From Lachnospiraceae bacterium (GTDB lineage Bacteria > Bacillota > Clostridia > Lachnospirales > Lachnospiraceae): a stretch of DNA of 64,000 nt. Made by a program: the position numbers and the translations under genes. Positions 19,325-28,151 of this stretch are shown in pieces. Numbering within the stretch: position 1 is the stretch's first letter; the number at the start of each line of letters is the position of its first letter. Where the stretch lies: the NCBI GenBank assembly GCA_014804345.1, contig JAAUZZ010000021.1:116923-180922 (forward strand), read 5' to 3'. The notes under the pieces were generated by a model. That model was not told where the DNA came from and ran no database searches. It saw only the letters and a list, made by a program, of their open reading frames with translations.

Positions 19325-22036
19325 CTATTCTTTATTTCTGACATACATCAGACCAAATACTCCTACGCCGCAGTTGCTGGAAACGGTCGCGGATGCTTTC
19401 TGCATGATGATTTTGTCAAATTTAACGTACTTTTCAACCTCCTCCAATATCTCCTCCAATTGCCGTACACTGCAGCCCGCATATGTAAGAAAAAGAATCC
19501 TCTTATCAATCTGTTTGCTGTGGCGCAGCAGCTTTCTTACATATCTGCGTCGCACATGCTTCATATTGCCGACTTCTATTTTCCATAATTTCAGTTCGTT
19601 CTGCGACATATGTAGCACAGGATGCAAATTCAATCCGTCACACAGCTTATGCACAACAGCGCTGACTTTCCCGTTACGGTATAAGGCTTCCGTACTCGGC
19701 ACAAGGAAGTTAGAACACACTAACTCTTTAAACCGACCCAACGCCTCGCAGATTTCTTGTACACTCTTTCCCTGTTCGGCAAGCTCTGCGGCATACAACA
19801 CCATAAACCCGTGCCCGCTGCTGATATGGGTGGAATTATATACGGTAACATTATCAAAGCTTTTACTTGCCTGAAGCGCGTTCGGATAAGCGCCGCTAAG
19901 GCCTGTCGTCGCCGTAATATGGATCACATGCTCTGCCGTCGCCAGCATATCCGCAAAGAAATATTCATATTTAGAAGGCTCCGCAGTGGAGGAATGCGCG
20001 TAATTTCCCTCAACTTTCAAATAGTTCAGCACACTGTCGGACGAAATCTCAAACAAATCGCAGAAACGTCCCTCTTTTGTATGAACATAGCAGTACATCA
20101 GATTGATTTGATACTTTTCCAACAGCTCTCTTGGCAGATCACAGATACAATCCGCCGTAATCGCAACTTTCCGTTTCTTTACGCCGATAATCTGATTGAT
20201 ATCTCCGCCTTCCTCCAAATTTGAAAGTTCCTCTTTCGCATCATATTCAATCAACTCCGACGGCAGATATTTTAACAGACTTGCCTCCAATAAGGTGGCA
20301 TTGATCGGTTTTGCAAGGTATCCGTCAAATCCCATATCCTGATAAACCTGCTTTGCGTTTGACATGACATTCGCCGTCAGCGCGATAATCGGCGTTTTCT
20401 GACAAAATCCCTTTGTCTGCGCACGCACCGCCTTCATCGTTTCTTCGCCGTCCATGTCCGGCATCATATGATCCATTAAAATCACATGATAAAGGTTGTC
20501 GGCAGTCTGCTTCAGACACTCCTTACCGCTGCCCACCGTATCAATTTTCATCTTTGTTCCCCGAAGCAGCTTGACCGCCACCATACGGTTCATCTCGTTA
20601 TCGTCCACGACCAGTATTCTTGCGTCAGGCGCCGTAAAACTCTGTTTATATTTCGTACGACGCTCCAATTTTCTCTGTTCCGCAAAATTAATAACGCCCA
20701 TCGGTTTGGCATTGACAACGCGCTGCGTAATTTCCACCGTAAAAACAGATCCCTTATGGTAGACGCTGTCTACGGAAATTTTTCCGCCCATCATATCCAC
20801 AAGCTGCTTCACAATCGTAAGACCGAGTCCCGTTCCCTCAATATTGCGGTTCTTTGTTTCATCAATCCGCTTAAAGGAACTGAACAGATCGTCAAGGTGC
20901 TCCTTGCGGATTCCCATACCCGTATCCTCTACCGAGATACGAAGCAGTATTTCATCCGCACCAAGGCGTTCTCCTTTTGCGGACAACGTGACGGAGCCTG
21001 TTTCCGTATACTTTACGGCATTGGTCAATATATTGGTAAGCACCTGTTTCATGCGCACTTCATCTCCATATAACATGGAAGGAATATTGGGGTCGATATC
21101 CACTTTAAATTCCAGTTCCTTTTGACTTGCCCTAATCCAGATTAAGTTGACCAAATCACTAAACAATGCGCTGATTTCATACTGTACCGGCACAATCTCC
21201 ATTCTGCCGGACTCCAACTTGGATAAATCCAAGATGTCATTAATGGTCGTCAAAAGCATTTTACTTGCATTTTGGATATTAATTGCATTCTCGGCAATTT
21301 CATCGGAAATGTCCTCTCTGAGCGTCATCTCATTTAAACCGATGATCGTGTTGATCGGCGTCCTGATTTCATGACTCATATTTGCAAAGAACGTATCCTT
21401 GGAACGGGCAATCTGTTCAATTTCCTCTTTCTGCTGCTGAGCAAGCTTTCTCTCCTTATCATATGTCAAAGCTTGCATTTTCATCAAAAATCCGACAAAA
21501 ACACTGACAACAATCAGGGTAACATACGAATCCGCAAAGCTGTACAGACGATTGGATGCCGTCGGTATTATCCCGGGATAAAAATATGCAATCGCATACG
21601 CCGATAAAAAGGACGCCATCGAAAGAAGCAGTGCAAACACCAGTTCTTTTCCATCAAACAGCAAAAAGATATAAACAAGCCCCAGCACAAACCAAACAGA
21701 AGTTCCACTATCCATGCCGCCGCTCATCATAAAGACTAAGGGGAAAAGAATCCCATTCGATATCAGGATTAACAGCCATGACGCCATTTTTACTTTATTA
21801 TACTTCACTGCAATATAAAGCGACGCGCCGGAAACAAAACACATCGGAACAAGCGCCGTCAACACAATCGGCGACGCGCCGATCAACACACGTCCCGTAC
21901 CAATAACCGAGGCAATAAATGCCAATAGAAAAACCATTCGGATCAGCCTTGTCTGAAAATCTAACTGCTCGTTTTGCAGTGATTCAAAAAATGCTCGTAT
22001 TTTCTTTATCATATTGTATCCACCAAGCCTTTCCAT
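19325..22036 (-). CDS. Membrane hybrid histidine kinase (HisKA-HATPase-REC) fused to C-terminal DegV/FakB fatty-acid-binding domain
   Basis: N-terminal TM helices; FFANMSHEIRTPIN, NAVKYT, DTGMGI, GTGLGL; REC VVDD...LMDHMMP...AKP; then KVAITADCICDLP...LSGAY...YNSTHISSGHG...LNLHPVL (DegV pattern). Start could be M9/M10. Confidence 0.88.
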   Translation of the reverse strand: MERLGGYNMIKKIRAFFESLQNEQLDFQTRLIRMVFLLAFIASVIGTGRVLIGASPIVLTALVPMCFVSGASLYIAVKYNKVKMASWLLILISNGILFPLVFMMSGGMDSGTSVWFVLGLVYIFLLFDGKELVFALLLSMASFLSAYAIAYFYPGIIPTASNRLYSFADSYVTLIVVSVFVGFLMKMQALTYDKERKLAQQQKEEIEQIARSKDTFFANMSHEIRTPINTIIGLNEMTLREDISDEIAENAINIQNASKMLLTTINDILDLSKLESGRMEIVPVQYEISALFSDLVNLIWIRASQKELEFKVDIDPNIPSMLYGDEVRMKQVLTNILTNAVKYTETGSVTLSAKGERLGADEILLRISVEDTGMGIRKEHLDDLFSSFKRIDETKNRNIEGTGLGLTIVKQLVDMMGGKISVDSVYHKGSVFTVEITQRVVNAKPMGVINFAEQRKLERRTKYKQSFTAPDARILVVDDNEMNRMVAVKLLRGTKMKIDTVGSGKECLKQTADNLYHVILMDHMMPDMDGEETMKAVRAQTKGFCQKTPIIALTANVMSNAKQVYQDMGFDGYLAKPINATLLEASLLKYLPSELIEYDAKEELSNLEEGGDINQIIGVKKRKVAITADCICDLPRELLEKYQINLMYCYVHTKEGRFCDLFEISSDSVLNYLKVEGNYAHSSTAEPSKYEYFFADMLATAEHVIHITATTGLSGAYPNALQASKSFDNVTVYNSTHISSGHGFMVLYAAELAEQGKSVQEICEALGRFKELVCSNFLVPSTEALYRNGKVSAVVHKLCDGLNLHPVLHMSQNELKLWKIEVGNMKHVRRRYVRKLLRHSKQIDKRILFLTYAGCSVRQLEEILEEVEKYVKFDKIIMQKASATVSSNCGVGVFGLMYVRNKE

Positions 22037-22042
22037 AACTTA

Positions 22043-22154
22043 CAAATTTGTGCTCCAAGCACAAATTTGCTGTGTGAGACTTAGAACTTCTTCGCGAAGC
22101 AGCCTCTGCTGCAAGTGAAAATTGCCATGGCAATTAGAAGTTCTTCTCACACTA
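22043..22154. repeat. Family B element with extra hairpins nested in its second stem
   Basis: caaatttgtgctccaagcacaaatttg-ct-gtgtgaga[...]tctcacac-ta; inner agaacttct/agaagttct, gcagc/gctgc and palindrome aattgccatggcaatt. Confidence 0.8.
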
Positions 22155-25017
22155 TTTTCTCCTCCCACGAAGCCAGAATATCGGACGCGCCAAGAAAATC
22201 AAATTCGTCTATGCTGCTCTGAATTTTCTCCGCCATTTCCGACAGTTTCAAATCCTGATACCGATATTGCTTTATATCGTCCAAAATACTGTCCAGTCCC
22301 TCGCTTTCAAAGCTTTCAAGCTTTTCCCGGAGCAGGGTAAGCTGCTTTGTCAAAGACGCCGTATCCTCTTCCTTGGGTTCTTCTACTGTCGGTTCAGACA
22401 CTGTTTTCTCCTCTGATGTATGCTCTTTCGTATCATCATGATATCCGTCAGGGTAGACAAAGGCGTTTTCTGCCAGTGCGGTAAGAAGTTTGTTATGCTG
22501 CTCCAGTAATTCCTCATGATGCTCCAAAATATAATGCGTGCGGTTCTCTTTTCCCGCCATTTCCAAATTCAGTGCAAGTTCAGCCAATTCATCCGCGCCA
22601 ATCCCCTTGGAATTGCTCTTTAACGCGTGAACCGTAATGACATAATTTTTCCAGTCGTGTTCCCGCCAAAACTGCTCTAACTGTCTGTTGCGCCTTGCGC
22701 CCTCCGAATGATAAATCGTCATGATTTCGCGCAATCCCTCTTTATCGCCACAGTAGGAAATTCCCTTCTGTACGTTAATCCCCGCCTGCTTTAACGCGGC
22801 GAGCGCATCCGCCTCAACATCCTCATCATATGACGCTTTGGGGGAATCGCTTGTATTCTCGGATACAGCCTGTTGCGCCTTCAGAACATCAGAATCGGCA
22901 ATTTGTGTACTTTCTGCCACATCCGCTACTGTATTGTCCTCCACGTGAATCTGTTTCTGCACAGGAATATAACGGCGCAGCATTCTCTCCAATACGCTCA
23001 ACTCAATCGGTTTGGCAATAAAATCGTCAAATCCCTCGTCCATAAACATTTCCCTTGCGCCGCCAATCGCATTCGCCGTAAATGCGATTATGGGGAGCGA
23101 CTGGAAATAACTGCCCGGCTTTCTGCGGATTCGATGCAGCGTTTCCACACCGTCCATTTCGGGCATCATATGGTCCAAAAATACACAGTCATAGTCCATG
23201 GAATTGAGCTTCTCCAATGCCTCCTGTCCGCCGCCTGCCATGGAAACCTTAATATGATACGGCAGAAGAAGTCTTGCCATAACTTTTAAATTCATCGCGT
23301 TATCGTCCACGACAAGTACCTTCGCATCCGGTGCGATGAAGCGATGCCGCGAATCAAAATGCTGCTCGTCCCGCTGCATTACTTTTTGTCCATTAAATAC
23401 CGCCGCGATCGATAAGACGGTAAACGGCTTGTAAATGCGGAGCATGTTGCTTCCAATCTGCGTTTCCTGTCCGTAATCGAGTATCAGCACGACCGTCGTT
23501 TCTTTTTCTTTCGCAAGCTGCTCAAAAAAGGCTCTATCCTCACAATATTCATCCCAACTGATAAAAATATGAGAATAGTTTTCATGCTCCATGCGCCGTT
23601 TCAGTTCGGACAAATTTCTGCATACGCGGAACATAATACCAAATTGCTCCGCCATGTGGCGGATACATTTCTCATACCCTTCCCGCACAACGGAATAATT
23701 ATATTTATCCATATTGATATAACATGCCGCAAACAAATGACTCTTGTTTTTGATTGAAACAATCGGCGTCTCATCCAAGACCTTTTGCGGAATCGTAACC
23801 TGAAATTCCGTTCCGTTTCCGGGCACGCTGTCTACCGTGATAAAACCGCCCATATTCTGAACAAGCGCCTGCGTAATCGCAAGACCGAGGCCAATACCGC
23901 CCTCCTCCCTGTTGCGTTTGGAATTCAACTGGCTGAAGCTGACAAAAATTTTCTCCATATCCGCCTGATTCATACCGATTCCGGAATCCTTAATATTCAC
24001 GATCAGGTTGATGCCGTAGTCTTCTTTTCTGCTTCTGATGCGCAGTACAATACCGCCCTCTTTTGTAAATTTATAAGCGTTTTCCAAAAGATTCATCACA
24101 ATGCGCCGAAGCTTCTGTTCGTCACCTACGAGGTTACTTGGCAGATTGGCGTCACAATCCACGATCAGCTCTAACTTCTTGCCGTTTTCAAACGTAAGCG
24201 CCATATTGATAATGTCCGTAATCGTCGATGTGATGTTATAGCTCTCCTCCGCAAGCGTCATTTTACCGCTTTCCAGTTCCGAAAAATCCAAAATATTGCT
24301 GACCGTCGAAAGAAGATTTCTTCCGGCTGTCTGGATATCGATCACGTCACGCCTGACGCTTGTCGGCAGATTCTCCTGTAAAATCGCCTCGCTCATACCG
24401 CAGACCGCATTGATCGGCGTACGGATCTCATGCGAGATATTGACCATAAAATCGTCTTTGCTTTGTTCCACGATTTTCAGTTCACGGATATTTTCCATTA
24501 ACAGTTCGTTTGTTTCCTGCCTGATCCGTATTGTAATCCATGTCACAAGGGAAATGATGTAAACAGAAATCACATGCAGCCCCAACCGGATAATATCGTT
24601 TGCAGAATCCGTCGCAGCTGTCCTTGCGAAAAAAATCTGATATAAAAGGATCAGCGTCGAAAAGCCGACACCAATATAGATAATTTCCAAAATGCCAAAG
24701 ATGCTTAACAGTATGATAAGCACCAGCATCGTAGAGAGCATGGAAGTAAATCCATAGGCATAGAAGGCATAAACCGAAAAATTAATCCACGACATAACGG
24801 AAAGAAATTTCGCGCGAAACTCATAGTTTCGATATCCCTTGATAAAGACAAACCAGCCTGCGCATATGGTGGCGATAATGATTTCCTTTGCAAAAATACT
24901 CCAATGAAGCAGATGCGACGAAACAAACATCGCAAGGGAAAAAATAGTAAAAATCCCCAGCACGATCTGCTCTATTTTTCGCGTCGTTTTATGATTGATA
25001 AATTGTTTTTCTTTCAA
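22147..25017 (-). CDS. Membrane hybrid histidine kinase with REC and HPt domains
   Basis: TM helices; FMVNISHEIRTPIN, NAYKFT, DSGIGM, GIGLGL; degenerate REC-like spacer; REC VVDD...FLDHMMP...AKP; HPt VHALKSNSKGIGA. Confidence 0.92.
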   Translation of the reverse strand: MKEKQFINHKTTRKIEQIVLGIFTIFSLAMFVSSHLLHWSIFAKEIIIATICAGWFVFIKGYRNYEFRAKFLSVMSWINFSVYAFYAYGFTSMLSTMLVLIILLSIFGILEIIYIGVGFSTLILLYQIFFARTAATDSANDIIRLGLHVISVYIISLVTWITIRIRQETNELLMENIRELKIVEQSKDDFMVNISHEIRTPINAVCGMSEAILQENLPTSVRRDVIDIQTAGRNLLSTVSNILDFSELESGKMTLAEESYNITSTITDIINMALTFENGKKLELIVDCDANLPSNLVGDEQKLRRIVMNLLENAYKFTKEGGIVLRIRSRKEDYGINLIVNIKDSGIGMNQADMEKIFVSFSQLNSKRNREEGGIGLGLAITQALVQNMGGFITVDSVPGNGTEFQVTIPQKVLDETPIVSIKNKSHLFAACYINMDKYNYSVVREGYEKCIRHMAEQFGIMFRVCRNLSELKRRMEHENYSHIFISWDEYCEDRAFFEQLAKEKETTVVLILDYGQETQIGSNMLRIYKPFTVLSIAAVFNGQKVMQRDEQHFDSRHRFIAPDAKVLVVDDNAMNLKVMARLLLPYHIKVSMAGGGQEALEKLNSMDYDCVFLDHMMPEMDGVETLHRIRRKPGSYFQSLPIIAFTANAIGGAREMFMDEGFDDFIAKPIELSVLERMLRRYIPVQKQIHVEDNTVADVAESTQIADSDVLKAQQAVSENTSDSPKASYDEDVEADALAALKQAGINVQKGISYCGDKEGLREIMTIYHSEGARRNRQLEQFWREHDWKNYVITVHALKSNSKGIGADELAELALNLEMAGKENRTHYILEHHEELLEQHNKLLTALAENAFVYPDGYHDDTKEHTSEEKTVSEPTVEEPKEEDTASLTKQLTLLREKLESFESEGLDSILDDIKQYRYQDLKLSEMAEKIQSSIDEFDFLGASDILASWEEKIV

Positions 25018-25049
25018 GTAAATTACCGTTCCTTTCCGCCTGTGGCAGC

Positions 25050-26120
25050 TTATCCCTCAATCCCCAATACTTCTTTTAACCTCGGAAGCATTTCCATAAA
25101 AACATCAATGACAGTCGGGTCAAACTGTGTCCCCCTGCCCTCCGACATGATCTGCATGATCCGCTCAATCGGGCGAATCGGCGGCTTATAGCAACGCTCC
25201 TCATACAGTGCGTCAAAGACATCCGCCACAGCCATAATACGCGCCGCCAAGGGAATACTATCGCCCGCCAGTCCCGTCGGATATCCCGTTCCGTCCCAGC
25301 GCTCATGGTGGTACATTGCAATATCCTCAACGATCCGCACATAATATTCGTCCTCGACATCGCCGATAATCGTCTGGATAATCTTACGGCTGTATGTCGT
25401 ATGCAGCTTCATTGCGTCAAACTCCTCCGGCGTCAGCTTGCCGGGCTTTTGTAAAATAGAATCCGATACTTTAATTTTTCCCACATCGTGAAGCGGCGCT
25501 GCCTTGCAAAGGTTTTGTATGTACTCCTGCGTCAGTTCCACTGGAAAGAGCTTCCTCTGATACAGTTCGTTAGCAATCATTCTGACATACATCTGCGTAT
25601 TTTTGACATGCTTCCCTGTACTGCCGTCGCGGCTCTCTATCAAATTCGCCATCCCCACGATGACTGATTCCTGAATCTCACTGATGCGCCTTGCATCTTC
25701 CGTAATCTTCTCCGCCTGTTCCTTTACCATATTTTCCAGATTGTGTCTGTACTGCTCCAGCTCCATCGTCTTACCGACACGGCTTAACAAAATATCCGGC
25801 ACAAAGGGCTTTGCAACAAAATCAATCGCACCCACCTGAAAACATTTCACTTCCGTTTCCGCAGTATCATCTGCGGTCAGGAAAATAACCGGTATCGCTT
25901 TTGTTTCCTCCGATTTTTGAAGCTGTTCCATCACTTCAAAGCCGTCCATCTCGGGCATATTAATATCCAGCAAGATCAAATCAGGACGGTTATTCTCCAG
26001 ATACTTTAAAGCGGCAACACCGGAATTACAAGCGGCAATACGGTAAAACGGTAAAAGGATTTTCTGTGCACGCGTCAAATTGGTCTTATCATCATCTACA
26101 ACCAATATAATGTTCTTCAT
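25050..26120 (-). CDS. Response regulator with HD-GYP c-di-GMP phosphodiesterase domain (RpfG-like)
   Basis: REC VVDDD...LLDINMP...AKP; TGKH, LHDVGK, HHERWDGTGYP, ADVFDAL, RCYK. Confidence 0.94.
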   Translation of the reverse strand: MKNIILVVDDDKTNLTRAQKILLPFYRIAACNSGVAALKYLENNRPDLILLDINMPEMDGFEVMEQLQKSEETKAIPVIFLTADDTAETEVKCFQVGAIDFVAKPFVPDILLSRVGKTMELEQYRHNLENMVKEQAEKITEDARRISEIQESVIVGMANLIESRDGSTGKHVKNTQMYVRMIANELYQRKLFPVELTQEYIQNLCKAAPLHDVGKIKVSDSILQKPGKLTPEEFDAMKLHTTYSRKIIQTIIGDVEDEYYVRIVEDIAMYHHERWDGTGYPTGLAGDSIPLAARIMAVADVFDALYEERCYKPPIRPIERIMQIMSEGRGTQFDPTVIDVFMEMLPRLKEVLGIEG

Positions 26121-26193
26121 TTCCGTTCTCCTTTCCTCTGTACCCGTATTTTTCTATTTCATTGTCTTTCTACACGCATACTCTCACAAATTA

Positions 26194-26222
26194 ATCATAT
26201 CACATTATTTGAAAACGCTCAA
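26194..26222 (-). promoter_or_regulatory. sigma-A promoter of the signalling cassette
   Basis: TTGAGC-N17-TATGAT with TG extended -10. Confidence 0.6.
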
Positions 26223-26242
26223 TGAAATAATTTCCTTTACAC

Positions 26243-26282
26243 CACAAATCGGCAGAAAGCGAAAAGCTCTCTGCCGATTGTG
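26243..26282 (-). terminator. Terminator after spoIIIAH
   Basis: aatcggcaga-aagcgaaaagctc-tctgccgatt hairpin just downstream of the stop. Confidence 0.75.
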
Positions 26283-26305
26283 AAATATTTATCATTCTAA
26301 CTATT

Positions 26306-27103
26306 TTATTCGGCGCCCGACACAGTGATGATAATATTTTCGGGCACGATATCCGTTTTTCTCTGTACAATGTCTATGATCTGCGCAGTCTGCGCATCCG
26401 TAAGACTTGTCGCCTCGATCATTACGTCCGCCACACCGCCGCTGATGCTTACTACGGTCTGTGTGAAGCCCTTTGCCTCAAGAAGAAGCTGTGCGTCCGA
26501 CTCTTTCTGCGCCGTTTCCGTAAGCGTGATCATGCTGTTTACAGCCTCCTGTTTGGCATCTTCCGTAAGGCTGTCATTGTTGATAATCTCCAACAGCGTT
26601 TCCTTGTTCTGCGCCCTTGTCTGTTCCTTTAAGAGCTTCGCCCCAGCAAGGGTTGAAACACCCGATGCGCTTGTAAACACTGCCTCCCCGGGAATGTCCT
26701 GTTCGATGACATTGACATCTGCCGTATCGGCGTTTGACGCGAGCACACCGTGACCGTCCAAACTATCGTCCGCTGTAAGTCCTGTTTCCATATTACTGCT
26801 CAGATAATTGTCCGTGATACTTACATCATCGCTGTCAAGGCTTAAAATATCCCCGTTTGCATCTGTTAGCTGCGCATATTCCGAATAGTCAGAAATTGTC
26901 CCATCCGTATCTTCCCTGAGTGATATGGCATACATATCCTCGTCTGAAATCTCATATGTAAGTTCGCTGCCGCTGCCGTCTACGGAGATAAAATCCTCCT
27001 CGCCGATCTTCGTGCCCGCAAAGTTTAAGTACCCTGCAACCGCAATCATAACCGCCAGCGCCGTAATCATAATCTGGTTTTTTCTTAATATTTTTTTCAC
27101 CAA
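26306..27103 (-). CDS. spoIIIAH: Stage III sporulation protein AH
   Basis: KNQIMITALAVMIAVAGYLN, LLEAKGF, IIDIVQRKT; last gene of the operon. Confidence 0.92.
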   Translation of the reverse strand: MVKKILRKNQIMITALAVMIAVAGYLNFAGTKIGEEDFISVDGSGSELTYEISDEDMYAISLREDTDGTISDYSEYAQLTDANGDILSLDSDDVSITDNYLSSNMETGLTADDSLDGHGVLASNADTADVNVIEQDIPGEAVFTSASGVSTLAGAKLLKEQTRAQNKETLLEIINNDSLTEDAKQEAVNSMITLTETAQKESDAQLLLEAKGFTQTVVSISGGVADVMIEATSLTDAQTAQIIDIVQRKTDIVPENIIITVSGAE

Positions 27104-27175
27104 ACCATATCCTTCCTTGTTTCTCTTTGCTATTTATATAGTATTCAGCGCCCCGCGCCAATATACTTATTTTTT

Positions 27176-27736
27176 TTAATTGATTACTTCCACTTTGTTC
27201 GCCTCGAGCCCATAAAGCGCCATAATAAGCCTGACAATCCTGACTCGGACTTCATCATTGATATTCCCTTTCACCACAACCGCCACTCCTTCAATCTGCG
27301 GACAGACGGAGTTTTTTACAAACGGCACCTCCTGACCGTACTCATTGACCGTGTAGATTGTCTGCTCCCCCTTTTCTTCAACATTGACAGTTTCGTCCTT
27401 CTCCACAGTATACTCCCACGACGCGTTCATATAGATCAGCGCCTTCGCCTCATCAACGTCCGATGCTTTCACCAACAATTCCTCCAACTCAGACTCCAAC
27501 GCTTTCTTATAATCCTGTAAACTTACCGTTTCCGATATCGAAGCGTCCTTCTCACTCTCATTGTTTTCTGATACCGTACGCTCTCTTTGGTTTCTATAAC
27601 TACCGTTATTTTTACTACTACTCTCCGTTGGCAATAAAATAACGAAAATCAGTATCCCGCTCAAAAATAAAATCAGCATGATCTCCTTGTTTGGACGCTG
27701 TCCGTTAAAAAGCTTATTCCTGAACCAGTTTGGCAT
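27176..27736 (-). CDS. spoIIIAG: Stage III sporulation protein AG
   Basis: N-terminal TM, PQIEGVAVVVKG, LYGLEANKVEV; operon position. Confidence 0.85.
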   Translation of the reverse strand: MPNWFRNKLFNGQRPNKEIMLILFLSGILIFVILLPTESSSKNNGSYRNQRERTVSENNESEKDASISETVSLQDYKKALESELEELLVKASDVDEAKALIYMNASWEYTVEKDETVNVEEKGEQTIYTVNEYGQEVPFVKNSVCPQIEGVAVVVKGNINDEVRVRIVRLIMALYGLEANKVEVIN

Positions 27737-28088
27737 CCTCTTCCCCTCCTTCCTCCTCTAAATAATATTGCTCATAAGCGCTCCCGAGTATCTTTTCATT
27801 CCATATTGTATCGGTATAATAAGAACTGCTTTCCCGAATCCGTTCCATATCAAGCAATCCCTGCCACTCTTCCTCCCACGCGTCATATACACTCTGCGCT
27901 GACATCATGCGCTCCTCGAACTGTCCCACAAACGAAGAAATCACGTTACAGCACATACAGATTGTCAAAAAATAAGTAAACAGCTTCAAATAACGCTGGT
28001 ATGCGCTTCCCGCCGCAAACTGCAACAGACATTGAAAACATATAACTGTATACACAAGCTGCCTGATTTCAAGTGTAAGCTGCTCCAT
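27714..28088 (-). CDS. spoIIIAF: Stage III sporulation protein AF
   Basis: Two hydrophobic segments around YQRYLKLF; position between AE and AG. Confidence 0.72.
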   Translation of the reverse strand: MEQLTLEIRQLVYTVICFQCLLQFAAGSAYQRYLKLFTYFLTICMCCNVISSFVGQFEERMMSAQSVYDAWEEEWQGLLDMERIRESSSYYTDTIWNEKILGSAYEQYYLEEEGGEEDAKLVQE

Positions 28089-28113
28089 GATCTCGCCTCC
28101 TTTCTCCCATTTT

Positions 28114-28139
28114 GTTACTGTTCACTCCGTTCCAGTAAC
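28114..28139. mobile_element. 26-bp solo hairpin module of family C with flanking direct repeat
   Basis: gttactgttcactccgttccagtaac identical to 19165-19190; flanked by cccatttt / cccatttc. Confidence 0.72.
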
Positions 28140-28151
28140 CCCATTTCCGAA

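Noticed and set aside
19220-19588. Small ORFs starting in or spanning hairpin elements (also 17760-17969, 28069-28269, 33662-33850)
   Set aside because: They derive from repeat sequence or overlap real genes; no transposase or other motifs
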